Assembly (NCBI GenBank): GCA_963677895.2 | Contig: CAXXGJ010000038.1 | Coordinates: 224,001 to 288,000, forward strand | DNA: 64,000 nt | DNA from: Treponemataceae bacterium | GTDB lineage: Bacteria > Spirochaetota > Spirochaetia > Treponematales > Rectinemataceae | Direction: 5' to 3' | In this document: piece after piece, positions 39,011 to 48,646 of the stretch | How positions within the stretch are numbered: position 1 is the stretch's first letter | How the letters are laid out: the number at the start of each line of letters is the position of its first letter | Notes under the pieces: model-generated | Database searches by the model: none | The model's input: only the letters and a program-made list of their open reading frames with translations | Told to the model about the DNA's origin: nothing | Position numbers and translations under genes: made by a program

Positions 39011-39560
39011 GCTCCTCGATGATTTTTCGCGCGGCTTCGGGCACCAGGTAGCGCCAGGCTTTTCTTTGGGCGATTTTTTCCCTGACAATCGTGGACGACA
39101 CGGGGAATATAGCGTTGTCGATATAAAGATGGGGATGGTTCATGGGGAGTCTGCTGTCGGAAAGCCGGTGCACGACGATCAGGGAACTCTCGCGCAGGAT
39201 GGCATCCGCTTCCTTCCAGCCGTCAAAGCCCGCTATGAGATCGTCGCCCATGATGAGGCTGGGTTTGGCTTCGACGAGACCATTGCCGACAAGATAGCGG
39301 ATGGTATCTATACTGTAGGAAACTCCCGATCTGCGGATTTCGCAGTCGCTGACGCTGAACCTTGGATTGCCTTGTATGCTCTTCTTCAGCATCTCCAACC
39401 GAAGAGCTGGACCGGGGTCATCTATGCTCTTGTGGGGAGGGTTATTGGCGGGTATGAAGAGTATCGTATCGCAGTCGGTTTGAGCGAGCACTTCTTCGGC
39501 GATGACAAGATGGCCGATATGAACAGGATTGAATGTCCCACCGAAGATGGCGGTTTTCAC
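38982..39560 (-). CDS. nadD: Nicotinate-nucleotide adenylyltransferase
   Basis: FGGTFNPVHIGH, SYSIDT and VSSTIVRE motifs. Confidence 0.96.
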   Translation of the reverse strand: MKTAIFGGTFNPVHIGHLVIAEEVLAQTDCDTILFIPANNPPHKSIDDPGPALRLEMLKKSIQGNPRFSVSDCEIRRSGVSYSIDTIRYLVGNGLVEAKPSLIMGDDLIAGFDGWKEADAILRESSLIVVHRLSDSRLPMNHPHLYIDNAIFPVSSTIVREKIAQRKAWRYLVPEAARKIIEEHGLYGLQKS

Positions 39561-40717
39561 TTGAGCTGATCCTCTCCCGCCCTGTCATCGACAATTGCAT
39601 CGTCGCCGATAGCGCTTGTTCCGCTGTCGAAAGTGTCCATATCGAAAGCGCTCGTATCGAAAAATCCGCCGGTCATCCCGTTCGCCTTTTCCTTTTCACT
39701 GGCTTTCTCGTAATCGACAACCTGCCGGAAAAGGGCTTCCTTGAGCTCATCCAAGCCCTCGGTGCTGAAAACGGAAATTCCGAAGACGGTCTCGCCGGGG
39801 AATTGGGCCGCGAATTCCGGGAAACGCTCCTTAGCCTCTGGCAGGTCGAGTTTCGTCCCTATGATGATTCTGGACTTCTGAGCCAGCACCGGCGAAAACG
39901 ACTGCAGCTCGCTTTTGAGGACGGTGAAGGCGCTTTCCCAGTTTTCATCGGAGAGATCCACCAGGAAGGCGAGGCAGGCCGTGCGCGCGATGTGCTTCAG
40001 GAACCGTATTCCCAGTCCGGCGCCATCGTGCGCGCCCTCTATGATGCCGGGAATGTCGGCGAGGATTATGTCGCGGTCATGGAGGCTCAGCACCCCCAGG
40101 TTTGGAATCTTCGTCGTGAAAGGATAGGGAGCGATTTTGGGTCGCGCGTTCGTAAAAGCATCCAGAAGGCTCGATTTTCCGGCGTTCGGAAAACCTACCA
40201 AGCCTACATCCGCGATGAGGCTCAACTCTATCTTGAGTTTCCTCTCATGCCCCGGCTGTCCCGGCATCGAAATTTTCGGAGCCTGGTTCACGGAATTCTT
40301 GAAATGCGTGTTGCCCCACCCGCCCTTTCCGCCCTTGAGAAAAATCCAGCTTTCGCCTTCTTTCACGCTTCGGCCGCCGGACGTGGAACCGAAATCCTTG
40401 ATGATTTCGTCCGTTTCGGCGTCTTTGACGACAGTCCCCGGAGGTACCGGAATGACTATATCCTCGCCGTCCTTGCCATGCATATTCCTGCCCATGCCCG
40501 GGATGCCGTTCTGGGCCTTGAAAGTCTGTCTGAAGCGCAGGAAGGAAAGGGTTCTGACATTGCTTTTGACGAGGAAGATGACGTCGCCGCCCTTCCCGCC
40601 GTCGCCGCCGGAAGGACCACCCATGGGTATGTACTTTTCGCGCCGGAACGCTACGCAGCCATCGCCGCCTTTTCCCGATGCGACGGTAATCGTCGCCTCA
40701 TCCGCGAATTTTATCAC
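39557..40717 (-). CDS. obgE: GTPase Obg/CgtA
   Basis: FADEA...GKGGDG, GGPSGGDGG, GFPNAGKS, YPFTT, DIPG and TKLD; GTG start with GGAG RBS. Confidence 0.97.
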   Translation of the reverse strand: MIKFADEATITVASGKGGDGCVAFRREKYIPMGGPSGGDGGKGGDVIFLVKSNVRTLSFLRFRQTFKAQNGIPGMGRNMHGKDGEDIVIPVPPGTVVKDAETDEIIKDFGSTSGGRSVKEGESWIFLKGGKGGWGNTHFKNSVNQAPKISMPGQPGHERKLKIELSLIADVGLVGFPNAGKSSLLDAFTNARPKIAPYPFTTKIPNLGVLSLHDRDIILADIPGIIEGAHDGAGLGIRFLKHIARTACLAFLVDLSDENWESAFTVLKSELQSFSPVLAQKSRIIIGTKLDLPEAKERFPEFAAQFPGETVFGISVFSTEGLDELKEALFRQVVDYEKASEKEKANGMTGGFFDTSAFDMDTFDSGTSAIGDDAIVDDRAGEDQLK

Positions 40718-40770
40718 AAGTGACTCCGTTAAGAGAAAAATACCAATTCGTATGCCATGTGGCAAGACGC

Positions 40771-40799
40771 AAAAAGAGCCGCCCGACATCGAGCGGCTC
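40771..40799 (-). terminator. Intrinsic terminator between rpmA and obgE
   Basis: GAGCCGCTCGA-TG-TCGGGCGGCTC-TTTTT on the minus strand. Confidence 0.7.
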
Positions 40800-40844
40800 C
40801 TGGCCATGCCGCGGAACGCGGCACGGAAATATTCCGTATTCGAA

Positions 40845-41090
40845 TTATTCAGCCGGGAAAGGCTCGACTTGAGCGAATTTCTTACCCTTGACTTCCCTGA
40901 AGGAAACCATTCCGTCGACGAGGGCGAAAAGCGTATCGTCCTTGCCGATTCCGACGTTGAGTCCCGGATTGATCTTGCTGCCCCGCTGCCTGACGATGAT
41001 GGAACCGGCGAGAACCGCCTCGTTCGCAAACTTCTTAACGCCAAGATGCTGAGGATTCGAGTCGCGACCATTTACACCCTTGTGTGGCAT
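40845..41090 (-). CDS. rpmA: 50S ribosomal protein L27
   Basis: [13 protein letters not shown]...IIVRQRG...GKDDTLFAL. Confidence 0.96.
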   Translation of the reverse strand: MPHKGVNGRDSNPQHLGVKKFANEAVLAGSIIVRQRGSKINPGLNVGIGKDDTLFALVDGMVSFREVKGKKFAQVEPFPAE

Positions 41091-41117
41091 GATATTCTCC
41101 CCTATGCTTTTGGCGCG

Positions 41118-41432
41118 TCAGGCGCCGACGATTTCCTGAACCTTGAGTACCGTGTAGCGCTGCCTGTGTCCCTGCGTTCGCCTGTAGTCTTTCTTGGGCT
41201 TGTACTTGAACACGATGACTTTGTCGGCCTTTATCTCCGCGTCGATGACTGCCTTCACGCTGGCGCCTTCGACATAGGGACTGCCGATTTTCACTCCGGC
41301 TTCACCGGAGAGCAGAAGAACCTTGTCGAACGAAACGTTCGAGCCCGCTTCTTCGTCGATCCTGTCTACCGTCAGGGCCTTGCCTTGTTCGGCGCGATAT
41401 TGTTTTCCGTTAATTTCTACAACTGCATACAT
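41118..41432 (-). CDS. rplU: 50S ribosomal protein L21
   Basis: MYAVVEINGKQY...GHRQRYT. Confidence 0.97.
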   Translation of the reverse strand: MYAVVEINGKQYRAEQGKALTVDRIDEEAGSNVSFDKVLLLSGEAGVKIGSPYVEGASVKAVIDAEIKADKVIVFKYKPKKDYRRTQGHRQRYTVLKVQEIVGA

Positions 41433-41470
41433 CTTTGCTATCCTCGTCAAAAATCCATACGTAGCGCAGT

Positions 41471-41500
41471 TTTATACACCGCGCGGGCCCAGGATGTCAA
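41471..41500 (-). promoter_or_regulatory. rplU-rpmA promoter
   Basis: TTGACA-N18-TATAAA. Confidence 0.6.
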
Positions 41501-41554
41501 CCCATGGGCAGATTAATGTTAAGTGGAATCTACGCTTATGGCCTTTCTTCCCTC

Positions 41555-43342
41555 TCACATCACTTCAAGAAAGGGAATGCAGAGCATTTCGCATACGGCT
41601 TCGAGCGTGGCCTTTACCGACCTCACGAGCGCGACCCTGCTGGCCGAAAGATCGGGATCGGCGCTGTTCAGCACTTGGTTGTCCCTGTACCAGGAGGAAA
41701 AGTCCGAGGCTACATCGTGGGCATATGCCGCCATAACCGAAGGTTCCTTGGTTCTCGCCGCGAGTTCGAGGGATTCGGGGAAGGAGGTCAGCCTGCGTAT
41801 GAGATTCCAGTCGGAATCGCTCGAGAGCGCCGCCATCGACACGGTTCCCTTTTGCGCGTTTCCCTCGCCCTGCCCGTATTTGCGAAGTATGGAGCTGGCC
41901 CTGGCTCCCATGTACTGGATGTAGGGGCCTGTATTTCCCGTGAAGGATAGGGATTGTTCCGGATCGTAGAGCATGTCTTTCGTGGGGGAGGTCTGAAGGA
42001 GATAGTAATGAAGGGCTCCCAGCGCGACCTTCTCGGCGACGGTCTTCACGTCGCCCACCGTCGCGTCGCGGCCCTTGGCTACGATTTCCTTTTCCGCCAG
42101 GCTCGCCAGCTCGTCGATGAGATCGTCCGCGTCCACCACCGTGCCTTCCCTCGTCTTCATTCTTCCCGACGGAAGGTTCACGAGCCCGTAGGCCAGATGG
42201 TAGAGGTTGGCGGCCCAATCGTAGCCGAGCCTTTTCAGGATCTCGAAGAGGGCTTTGAAATGGTACTGCTGCTCGCTGGCCACCACGTAGATGAGCTGTT
42301 CGAAAGGCCAGTCGGCATGGCGGTATATGGCCGTGCCAATGTCCTGGGTGATGTAGATGCTCGTTCCGTCCTTGCGCAGCAGGACTTTCCTGTCGAGGCC
42401 GATATCCTCGAGATTGACCCAGATTGAGCCGTCGTCCTCCCGATAGAAGATGCCATTCCGCAAGCCCTCAAGGACCTTGTCCTTGCCCTTCATATAGGTG
42501 AGGCTTTCGTAGTAGTAGGCGTCGAAATCCACGCCCTGCCGGGCATAGGTGGTCTTGATGCCGTCCACGGCCCATTTGTTCATCTTCTTCCAGAGCGCGA
42601 TGACCTCGGGATCGCCTGCTTCCCACTTCTGCAGAAGCTCCTGGGCCTTTTCCTCGGCTTTGGGATCCTCTGCCTTCAACGTATTGAAGAGCACGTAATA
42701 TTTGCCCACGAAGTGATCGCTCTTGAGCCCTTCGTCCTCGGGACTGTGCCCCTGGCCGTAGGCCATGTAGGCAAGCATCGATTTGCATATGTGGACGCCG
42801 CGGTCGTTGATGAGGTTCACTTTCCTCACATCGGCGCCGGCCGCCTTGGTGATCCTGGAGAGCGACTCTCCGAGGATGTTGTTACGCAGGTGGCCCAAAT
42901 GCAGTGGTTTGTTCGTATTGGGGCAGGAAAATTCGATCATGACCTTGCGGCCGGCCATGGGTTTGGAGGAATTCCAGTCGGGGCTTTCGCCGCGCCGGAG
43001 TATTTCAGCGCCAGCGGCGACGCGGTTCAGGAAGACATTGAGATAAGGTCCCACAGCCTTCGCGGTTCCGCTGGCTCCGGTCGAGCCGCTGTCAGCAGCC
43101 GAGCCGTCCTTCCCTGTTCCCAGCAGTCTTTCCAATTCCAGCGCTATGGCCGCCGGGCTCTTCTTCAAAAGCTTGGCGTAGCCGAACATCGGAAAACCTA
43201 TGTCGCCCAGTTCGGGTTTGGGAGGGAATTCCACGACTATGGCGTCCAGGTCTATGGCCGCGACATCCAGGCCGCAACTCGCCGCCATTTCCCGCAGCGC
43301 CTGGTGGACGCGCTCTTTCCAAAGTCTCTTGATATCGGTCAT
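41555..43342 (-). CDS. argS: Arginine--tRNA ligase
   Basis: HIGH-type motif PNTNKPLHLGHLRN, YITQDIG, MKTREG and GPYIQY. Confidence 0.97.
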   Translation of the reverse strand: MTDIKRLWKERVHQALREMAASCGLDVAAIDLDAIVVEFPPKPELGDIGFPMFGYAKLLKKSPAAIALELERLLGTGKDGSAADSGSTGASGTAKAVGPYLNVFLNRVAAGAEILRRGESPDWNSSKPMAGRKVMIEFSCPNTNKPLHLGHLRNNILGESLSRITKAAGADVRKVNLINDRGVHICKSMLAYMAYGQGHSPEDEGLKSDHFVGKYYVLFNTLKAEDPKAEEKAQELLQKWEAGDPEVIALWKKMNKWAVDGIKTTYARQGVDFDAYYYESLTYMKGKDKVLEGLRNGIFYREDDGSIWVNLEDIGLDRKVLLRKDGTSIYITQDIGTAIYRHADWPFEQLIYVVASEQQYHFKALFEILKRLGYDWAANLYHLAYGLVNLPSGRMKTREGTVVDADDLIDELASLAEKEIVAKGRDATVGDVKTVAEKVALGALHYYLLQTSPTKDMLYDPEQSLSFTGNTGPYIQYMGARASSILRKYGQGEGNAQKGTVSMAALSSDSDWNLIRRLTSFPESLELAARTKEPSVMAAYAHDVASDFSSWYRDNQVLNSADPDLSASRVALVRSVKATLEAVCEMLCIPFLEVM

Positions 43343-43404
43343 CGCATATTTCTCCGCAATCTTCGCTAAGGTTATCCGATACTATCGCTTCGGGGCTCTG
43401 TCGT

Positions 43405-45375
43405 TCAAGGCTGCGAAGCGGCAAACATGGCGAGCAGTTCATCCTCGCCGATGATGGTCACGCCATATTCCCTCGCCTTCCGGTTCTTGTCGGATCCCGA
43501 CCCGGGATCGTTGGTAACAAGGAAATCCAGATCCTTCACGACTGAGGATTTGGCCGTGCCCCCGAGATCCCTTATTTTCTTTTCGGCTTCAGGTCTTTTC
43601 ATCGATCGAAGTTCCCCGGTAAAGCAGAAGCTCTTGCCGGCAATCGGGTTCCCGGGAGCCTCCAGCCCCGAAACGACGGCAGGTTCCTTGATCCTTACGG
43701 CGCCTCCTTCAAGAAGGTGCTTCATCTCGTCCTTCACCGCGGCAATTCCCTTGATTATACTGGCAGCCATCGTCTCGGCTATGCCGTCAATCTTTATGAG
43801 ATCGGCATCGGCCGCGCCGAACAAGGCATTCAAAGTCGGGAATCCTCCCTTCACGAGCTTGTCGGCCACGAGGAGTCCGATGTTTTCCAGATCGAATCCC
43901 GCGATGAACTCGGCCAGGCTGACTTCCTTGACGGCGTGGAGATTGCGGAGCACCTTCTGCGCCGAAATCTTCCCCATATGCTCAATCCCCTGCAGTTCCT
44001 CGACGGTGAGGCTATAGAGATCGGCGATAGTTTTCACCTTCCCCGCCTCATGAAGCCGCCTTACGAGAGCCGAGCCGAAATCCCTTATATCCAGGATGGT
44101 GAGCCACTTTTCCACTCGGTGGAGCTCTTTCTTGGGACAAAGCTCGTTCGGGCAGTAGAGCCTCGTCCCTTCATCGACCAGCGGCGTTCCGCAGGTTCCG
44201 CAGACGCTGGGCTGCTCGATTTCGGAGGCTCCGGGCGGATTTTCCACGAGCGTCTCGATCTTGGGTATGATTTCGCCGCGTTTGGTTATCACGACCACGG
44301 AACCCAGTTTCAGCTGCATGGAGCGGATCATGTCGGGATTGCAGAGATTGGCGCGCTGGACCGTCGTGCCGGCGAGGCGCACCGGATCGACAATGCCGAT
44401 GGGCGTATAAAGGGCTCCCGATTCGCTCCATTCGATGGCCTTTAGCCTCGTCACCGCCTCTTCGGGGCTGAACTTGAAGGCTATCTGCTTTTCGGGCCGG
44501 GGTTTCGCGAGATCTTCCTCGTCTATGGCGAGGCCTTTTACAACGAGGCCGTCAATATCGTATTCCAGACTGGGGCGCAAGGCCATTATCCTGCCCCTGT
44601 AGTCGATCACTTCCTTCGCGTTCTCGAAAATCCGCGTCGCAACCACCGAAAAACCCATCCTGGCCAGCCAATCGAGCTTTTCCAGTTCGTTCTTAAACGG
44701 AGAAGCCCCATCGGCGGAGCTGTCCGCATTGCCGAATAGATCCGCTTCCTTTTTGGAAGCGACGCTTCCCATGGCATCGTAACAGATGACAGCCAGGTCT
44801 TCGCAGCCGACGCCGTCCTTGCGCTTCATGATTCCGTTGGCGGCGTTCCTGCAATTGGCCTTGTCGGCGTATTTTTCGTCATGGACGCGCCTGGACATGA
44901 GGACTTCGCCGCGCACGCCGCCCGTAAAGGCCGAAGGCAAGGTATCGGGCAGCCCGATCATCCTGCGCGCGTTCGGCGTTATATCGTCGCCTATCGTTCC
45001 GTCCCCGCGCGTCACCGCGCGCACGAGAAGGCCGTTTCGATACTGGATTTCCAGGCTTGCCCCATCCATCTTGTACTGCACGATATACTTTTCGAACTTC
45101 ATCTTTCCGGCCCAGGCTTCGAAGGACTCGGGGTCGGTAGCCTTGGCCTGGCTTCCCATTGGAATGGTATGTCTGACTTTTGGCCAGCCATCGGCCTTGT
45201 CCTCGCCGATCCTGCGCAAAAGCGCGTTGGCCGGATCCAGGTCTTCCAGTTCGGTCCAGAGCGCGTCGAATTCTTCGTCGCTTATCGTCGGCTCGGCGTT
45301 ATAGTAGAGCCGCTGATGCGTCACGATAAGCTTTTCCAGTTCGGCGACGCGCTCCGTTCTCGTAAGTTCTGCCAT
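43405..45375 (-). CDS. ligA: NAD-dependent DNA ligase
   Basis: Adenylation motif KMDG, TRGDG, RGEV, DGLVVK, C4 zinc finger, HhH repeats and BRCT domain. Confidence 0.97.
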   Translation of the reverse strand: MAELTRTERVAELEKLIVTHQRLYYNAEPTISDEEFDALWTELEDLDPANALLRRIGEDKADGWPKVRHTIPMGSQAKATDPESFEAWAGKMKFEKYIVQYKMDGASLEIQYRNGLLVRAVTRGDGTIGDDITPNARRMIGLPDTLPSAFTGGVRGEVLMSRRVHDEKYADKANCRNAANGIMKRKDGVGCEDLAVICYDAMGSVASKKEADLFGNADSSADGASPFKNELEKLDWLARMGFSVVATRIFENAKEVIDYRGRIMALRPSLEYDIDGLVVKGLAIDEEDLAKPRPEKQIAFKFSPEEAVTRLKAIEWSESGALYTPIGIVDPVRLAGTTVQRANLCNPDMIRSMQLKLGSVVVITKRGEIIPKIETLVENPPGASEIEQPSVCGTCGTPLVDEGTRLYCPNELCPKKELHRVEKWLTILDIRDFGSALVRRLHEAGKVKTIADLYSLTVEELQGIEHMGKISAQKVLRNLHAVKEVSLAEFIAGFDLENIGLLVADKLVKGGFPTLNALFGAADADLIKIDGIAETMAASIIKGIAAVKDEMKHLLEGGAVRIKEPAVVSGLEAPGNPIAGKSFCFTGELRSMKRPEAEKKIRDLGGTAKSSVVKDLDFLVTNDPGSGSDKNRKAREYGVTIIGEDELLAMFAASQP

Positions 45376-45381
45376 GGCGGA

Positions 45382-45411
45382 ATGATAGTATGGCCATTAA
45401 GTTCTTGTCAA
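45382..45411 (-). promoter_or_regulatory. ligA promoter (leaderless-type)
   Basis: TTGACA-N18-TATCAT-N6-ATG with no SD. Confidence 0.6.
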
Positions 45412-45437
45412 AGGTTACGTCTGTCTATAGCTTCGCA

Positions 45438-45466
45438 TTGCAAAATCGGCTGTTCCATCCTACAAT
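45438..45466 (+). promoter_or_regulatory. Promoter of the loaP-like operon
   Basis: TTGCAA-N17-TACAAT. Confidence 0.65.
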
Positions 45467-45501
45467 GTACGCCTGTAAAGAATGCTACTCAAAGGCAGGC
45501 C

Positions 45502-46077
45502 ATGAATTTTTTTGCTATCCAGGTGATGACCGGCAGGGAAGATGACTTCATAGAGCTTTTCTCGAAGTCCCGACCCGATCAACCGCTTTACAACATCAAA
45601 AAAAAGCTCAAATCCAGACGAAGAGGAAAGGTTGTTTTTCTCATGAACTGTCTTTTTCCGGGATATGTCTTTTTTCAATATCCCGAGGAAAAGCCTTCCG
45701 CCGAACTCATAAGGATTTTCAGGCGCACGAGACATTTCGCGCGCGTACTGCCGGCCACCGACGGCATCAAGCCCTTGAGCGACCGGGATTCGGAGATCAT
45801 ACGCCACCTTCTCTCCTTCGGCAGGGAGATAGGCTCCTCGCTCGTATCTTTCGATGAAAACAACCGCATAAAGGTGATCCAGGGACCGATGATGGGGCTG
45901 GAAGGCCGTATCATCAAGGTGGACAAGAGAAAACGAAGAGCCAAGATCAAGTTCGAGATGACCGATTCGCCCATAACGTTCGACCTAGGCTTTGAAATTC
46001 TGGAAGCGGTCAAGGATACGCCCAAGGATATCTCCAGGGCCGAGGCTGAGGATACGGCTATGGAGGCGGGCCATTGA
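45502..46077 (+). CDS. loaP: NusG-paralogue transcription antiterminator, LoaP-like
   Basis: NGN domain (FAIQVMTGRED, LFPGYVF) and KOW domain (IKVIQGPMMGLEGRIIKVDKRKRRAKI) with basic patches; not in the secE-nusG-rplK context; start reassigned to ATG 45502. Confidence 0.8.
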   Translation: MNFFAIQVMTGREDDFIELFSKSRPDQPLYNIKKKLKSRRRGKVVFLMNCLFPGYVFFQYPEEKPSAELIRIFRRTRHFARVLPATDGIKPLSDRDSEIIRHLLSFGREIGSSLVSFDENNRIKVIQGPMMGLEGRIIKVDKRKRRAKIKFEMTDSPITFDLGFEILEAVKDTPKDISRAEAEDTAMEAGH

Positions 46078-48161
46078 CGGAAAAGAACGCTTCCGAGGCA
46101 TTGCCCCTTCTCAGTTCCATGCAATTCCCGGGCATGCTGTACGCTTCCACGATTCGTTCCGCCGCGGTAAGGGCGAAAAATTTCAAGATTACCCGGCCTA
46201 AGCTTCCCTCCGGGTATCGCTGCATTGTCGCCTCGGATATCGCGGAGGAAAACATTCCTTTGATTTTCGGCGACGACTTCTTCCTCTTCGCCGAAAAGGC
46301 CATTTCCTATAAGGGTGAGGCTCTCGGATTGATCACGGGGCCGGATCCTGCTATTTGCGACGAACTCGCTGGATCCGTAGCCGTCGAATACGAAGAGGAA
46401 GAACCCCAGCTGGAATGGGAAAGCTTCTCTTCCTCGCAGATCGACTACAAATACGCGATCGACTACGGGGATGTAGACCTCGCTTTTGAAAAAAGCCAGC
46501 ATATAGAGCGCGCGGTCTACAGAAACGGGATTTTCGACCACCATTACAGCGAACCCATGGGAGCCATCGCCAACTGGGAATACGACAAGATGGCCATCTA
46601 CTGCGCCTCCCAATGGCCCTCGGATGTGAGAAGGTCCGTGGCCGCCATCATGCGGGTGCCGGAAGCGGACATCGTCGTAAGACCTACCGATTTGGGCAGA
46701 TCGCTCGACGGGCGCCTATGGTTCCCCTCTATCGTAGCCTGCCAGGCAGCCATAGCGGCAAAAGTCTGCAAGAAGCCAGTGAAGCTGCTCTATACGCGAA
46801 AAGAAGATTTCCTTCGCACCCCCAAACAGGCCCGGAGCGCCGTCACCATTAAATCGGCCACCAACGAACAAGGCAGACTCCAGGCGCTCGACATCAAGAT
46901 CATCATCAATATCGGCATCTATAATCCCCTGGCACGGGAACTTGTCCACCAGGCGGCCGCCGCTATCACGGGCATCTACGCCTGCCCTTCGATACGGCTC
47001 GAGGCCTATGCCATCAAGAGCAACATCATTCCTCTGGGCGCCATGGGGAGCATCGGCGCGACGCATGCCTTCTTCTCCATCGAATCGCATCTGAATCATC
47101 TCGCGAAAACATTGGGCAAGACTCCCGCCGAAATCAAGATGCTGAATATGCTCGCTAAAGGTTCATCCAACTTCGGGAGCAAACCTCTCGACTATGAGAT
47201 TCCCTTCGCGAAAATCCACAAGAAGCTTGAAAAAATTTCTGATTACCGACGAAAGTACGCCAGCTACGAACTCGTCAAAAAAAGGGATCCGGGATGCCGG
47301 GAAGGCATCGTCCGCGGCATCGCTCTCACCGTGGGCTATCAAACAGGACAGACTTTTTCCAATCAACCCTTGATGAATGCCTATTCTGTCGAGACTACCC
47401 TCGACAGAGACCTGAATCTCATCATCAACACTCAAGCATCCATCGGCTCGGAAAGCCTCAAGGCGATGTGGAAGACGACAGCCTCCGCCCTCCTCTCGAT
47501 TCCGCCCGAGACCATACATTTTCCTCCCCCCGATACGGACAAGACGAATCCCTGCGGTCCTTTGACCTTGTCGCGCGGCGCATCAACGGTAAATAAGCTG
47601 ATTGAAAGAACCTGCAAGGCAATCCAGAAAAAGCGTTTCAGGGAAAGCCTGCCCATCGTCGCGAAGGTACAGAACCGCTCACCTAAAAACTCCGGTCTCG
47701 ACAAGAGTCCGGCGCAGGGCAACATTTTTCTGGATTCGGCTTCCTGGTGCGGCACGGCTGTTGAAATCGAGATCGACACGATCAGCGGCGAGCCAAAGCC
47801 TCTCGCGGTCTGGATGGTCGTCGACGCCGGCAAGATTGTCTCCAAGGAGAAGGCTCTTTCCTCTCTCCGTTCTTCAATAATAAGCGCCCTCAACCTATGC
47901 ACCGGCGCCGACTTCAATCCCGAAGGCATCGAGAGCGAGGAATATCTTCGCGATCGGAACCTGAGTCTCCTGGACCTTCCCGCCATCGGCATAGAATTCA
48001 TTGATTCTGAAAAAACAAGCGTGGCTCGCGGTTTGGGTGAACTGCCTTTCATCACCGTACCGGCCGCTTTTTACAGCGCCCTGACCCAGGCGCTCGGCGT
48101 AGAGCCTCGCCAGCTGCCCCTGCAGGGAAGCGAAATTCTCAAGCTCCTGGAGACCACATGA
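46074..48161 (+). CDS. Xanthine dehydrogenase/aldehyde oxidoreductase family large subunit (divergent)
   Basis: PGMLYASTIRS, GDVDLAF, HxxxEP, KPVKLLYTRKEDF, VDAGKI and RGLGE motifs. Confidence 0.85.
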   Translation: MTEKNASEALPLLSSMQFPGMLYASTIRSAAVRAKNFKITRPKLPSGYRCIVASDIAEENIPLIFGDDFFLFAEKAISYKGEALGLITGPDPAICDELAGSVAVEYEEEEPQLEWESFSSSQIDYKYAIDYGDVDLAFEKSQHIERAVYRNGIFDHHYSEPMGAIANWEYDKMAIYCASQWPSDVRRSVAAIMRVPEADIVVRPTDLGRSLDGRLWFPSIVACQAAIAAKVCKKPVKLLYTRKEDFLRTPKQARSAVTIKSATNEQGRLQALDIKIIINIGIYNPLARELVHQAAAAITGIYACPSIRLEAYAIKSNIIPLGAMGSIGATHAFFSIESHLNHLAKTLGKTPAEIKMLNMLAKGSSNFGSKPLDYEIPFAKIHKKLEKISDYRRKYASYELVKKRDPGCREGIVRGIALTVGYQTGQTFSNQPLMNAYSVETTLDRDLNLIINTQASIGSESLKAMWKTTASALLSIPPETIHFPPPDTDKTNPCGPLTLSRGASTVNKLIERTCKAIQKKRFRESLPIVAKVQNRSPKNSGLDKSPAQGNIFLDSASWCGTAVEIEIDTISGEPKPLAVWMVVDAGKIVSKEKALSSLRSSIISALNLCTGADFNPEGIESEEYLRDRNLSLLDLPAIGIEFIDSEKTSVARGLGELPFITVPAAFYSALTQALGVEPRQLPLQGSEILKLLETT

Positions 48162-48646
48162 TCATAGACATGAATGTGAACGGCGAGACGAAACACCTCC
48201 AGGCGCGAAGCGGCGATCGACTCGTCGATGTCCTTCGCGACGAGCTCTCCCTATCCAGCCTCCTCCCCGATTGCCTTTCGGGCAAATGCGGCCGCTGTTT
48301 CATATTTATGGACGGACGCCTCGTCCTTTCCTGCCTCGTCCCCGCCTTCAAGGCGAAAGGATCGACCATACAGAGCTATGAGGCGTTCAAGGAAATGCCT
48401 GACGTCAAGGAGATAATCCTGGCCATGGAAAAGGCCGAGGCACTTCCCTGCGCTTTCTGCAGGACGGGGAAGATCATGGCCATTCTCGACCTGCTAGGTC
48501 GCAGCCCCCTTCCCGAAGAGAAAGAAATACTGAAACAGCTGGACATGGTGGCCTGCCCGTGCACGGATCCGGTCTCGCTCGTAAAAGCGGTCGGCATCGC
48601 CGCGGAAATGCGCAATAAAAGGAAATTCAACCGTGCGGATAAGTGA
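48158..48646 (+). CDS. Two-cluster [2Fe-2S] small subunit (CoxS-type)
   Basis: C-x4-C-x2-C-x11-C and C-x2-C...C-x-C motifs (PCAFC, ACPC). Confidence 0.88.
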   Translation: MIIDMNVNGETKHLQARSGDRLVDVLRDELSLSSLLPDCLSGKCGRCFIFMDGRLVLSCLVPAFKAKGSTIQSYEAFKEMPDVKEIILAMEKAEALPCAFCRTGKIMAILDLLGRSPLPEEKEILKQLDMVACPCTDPVSLVKAVGIAAEMRNKRKFNRADK

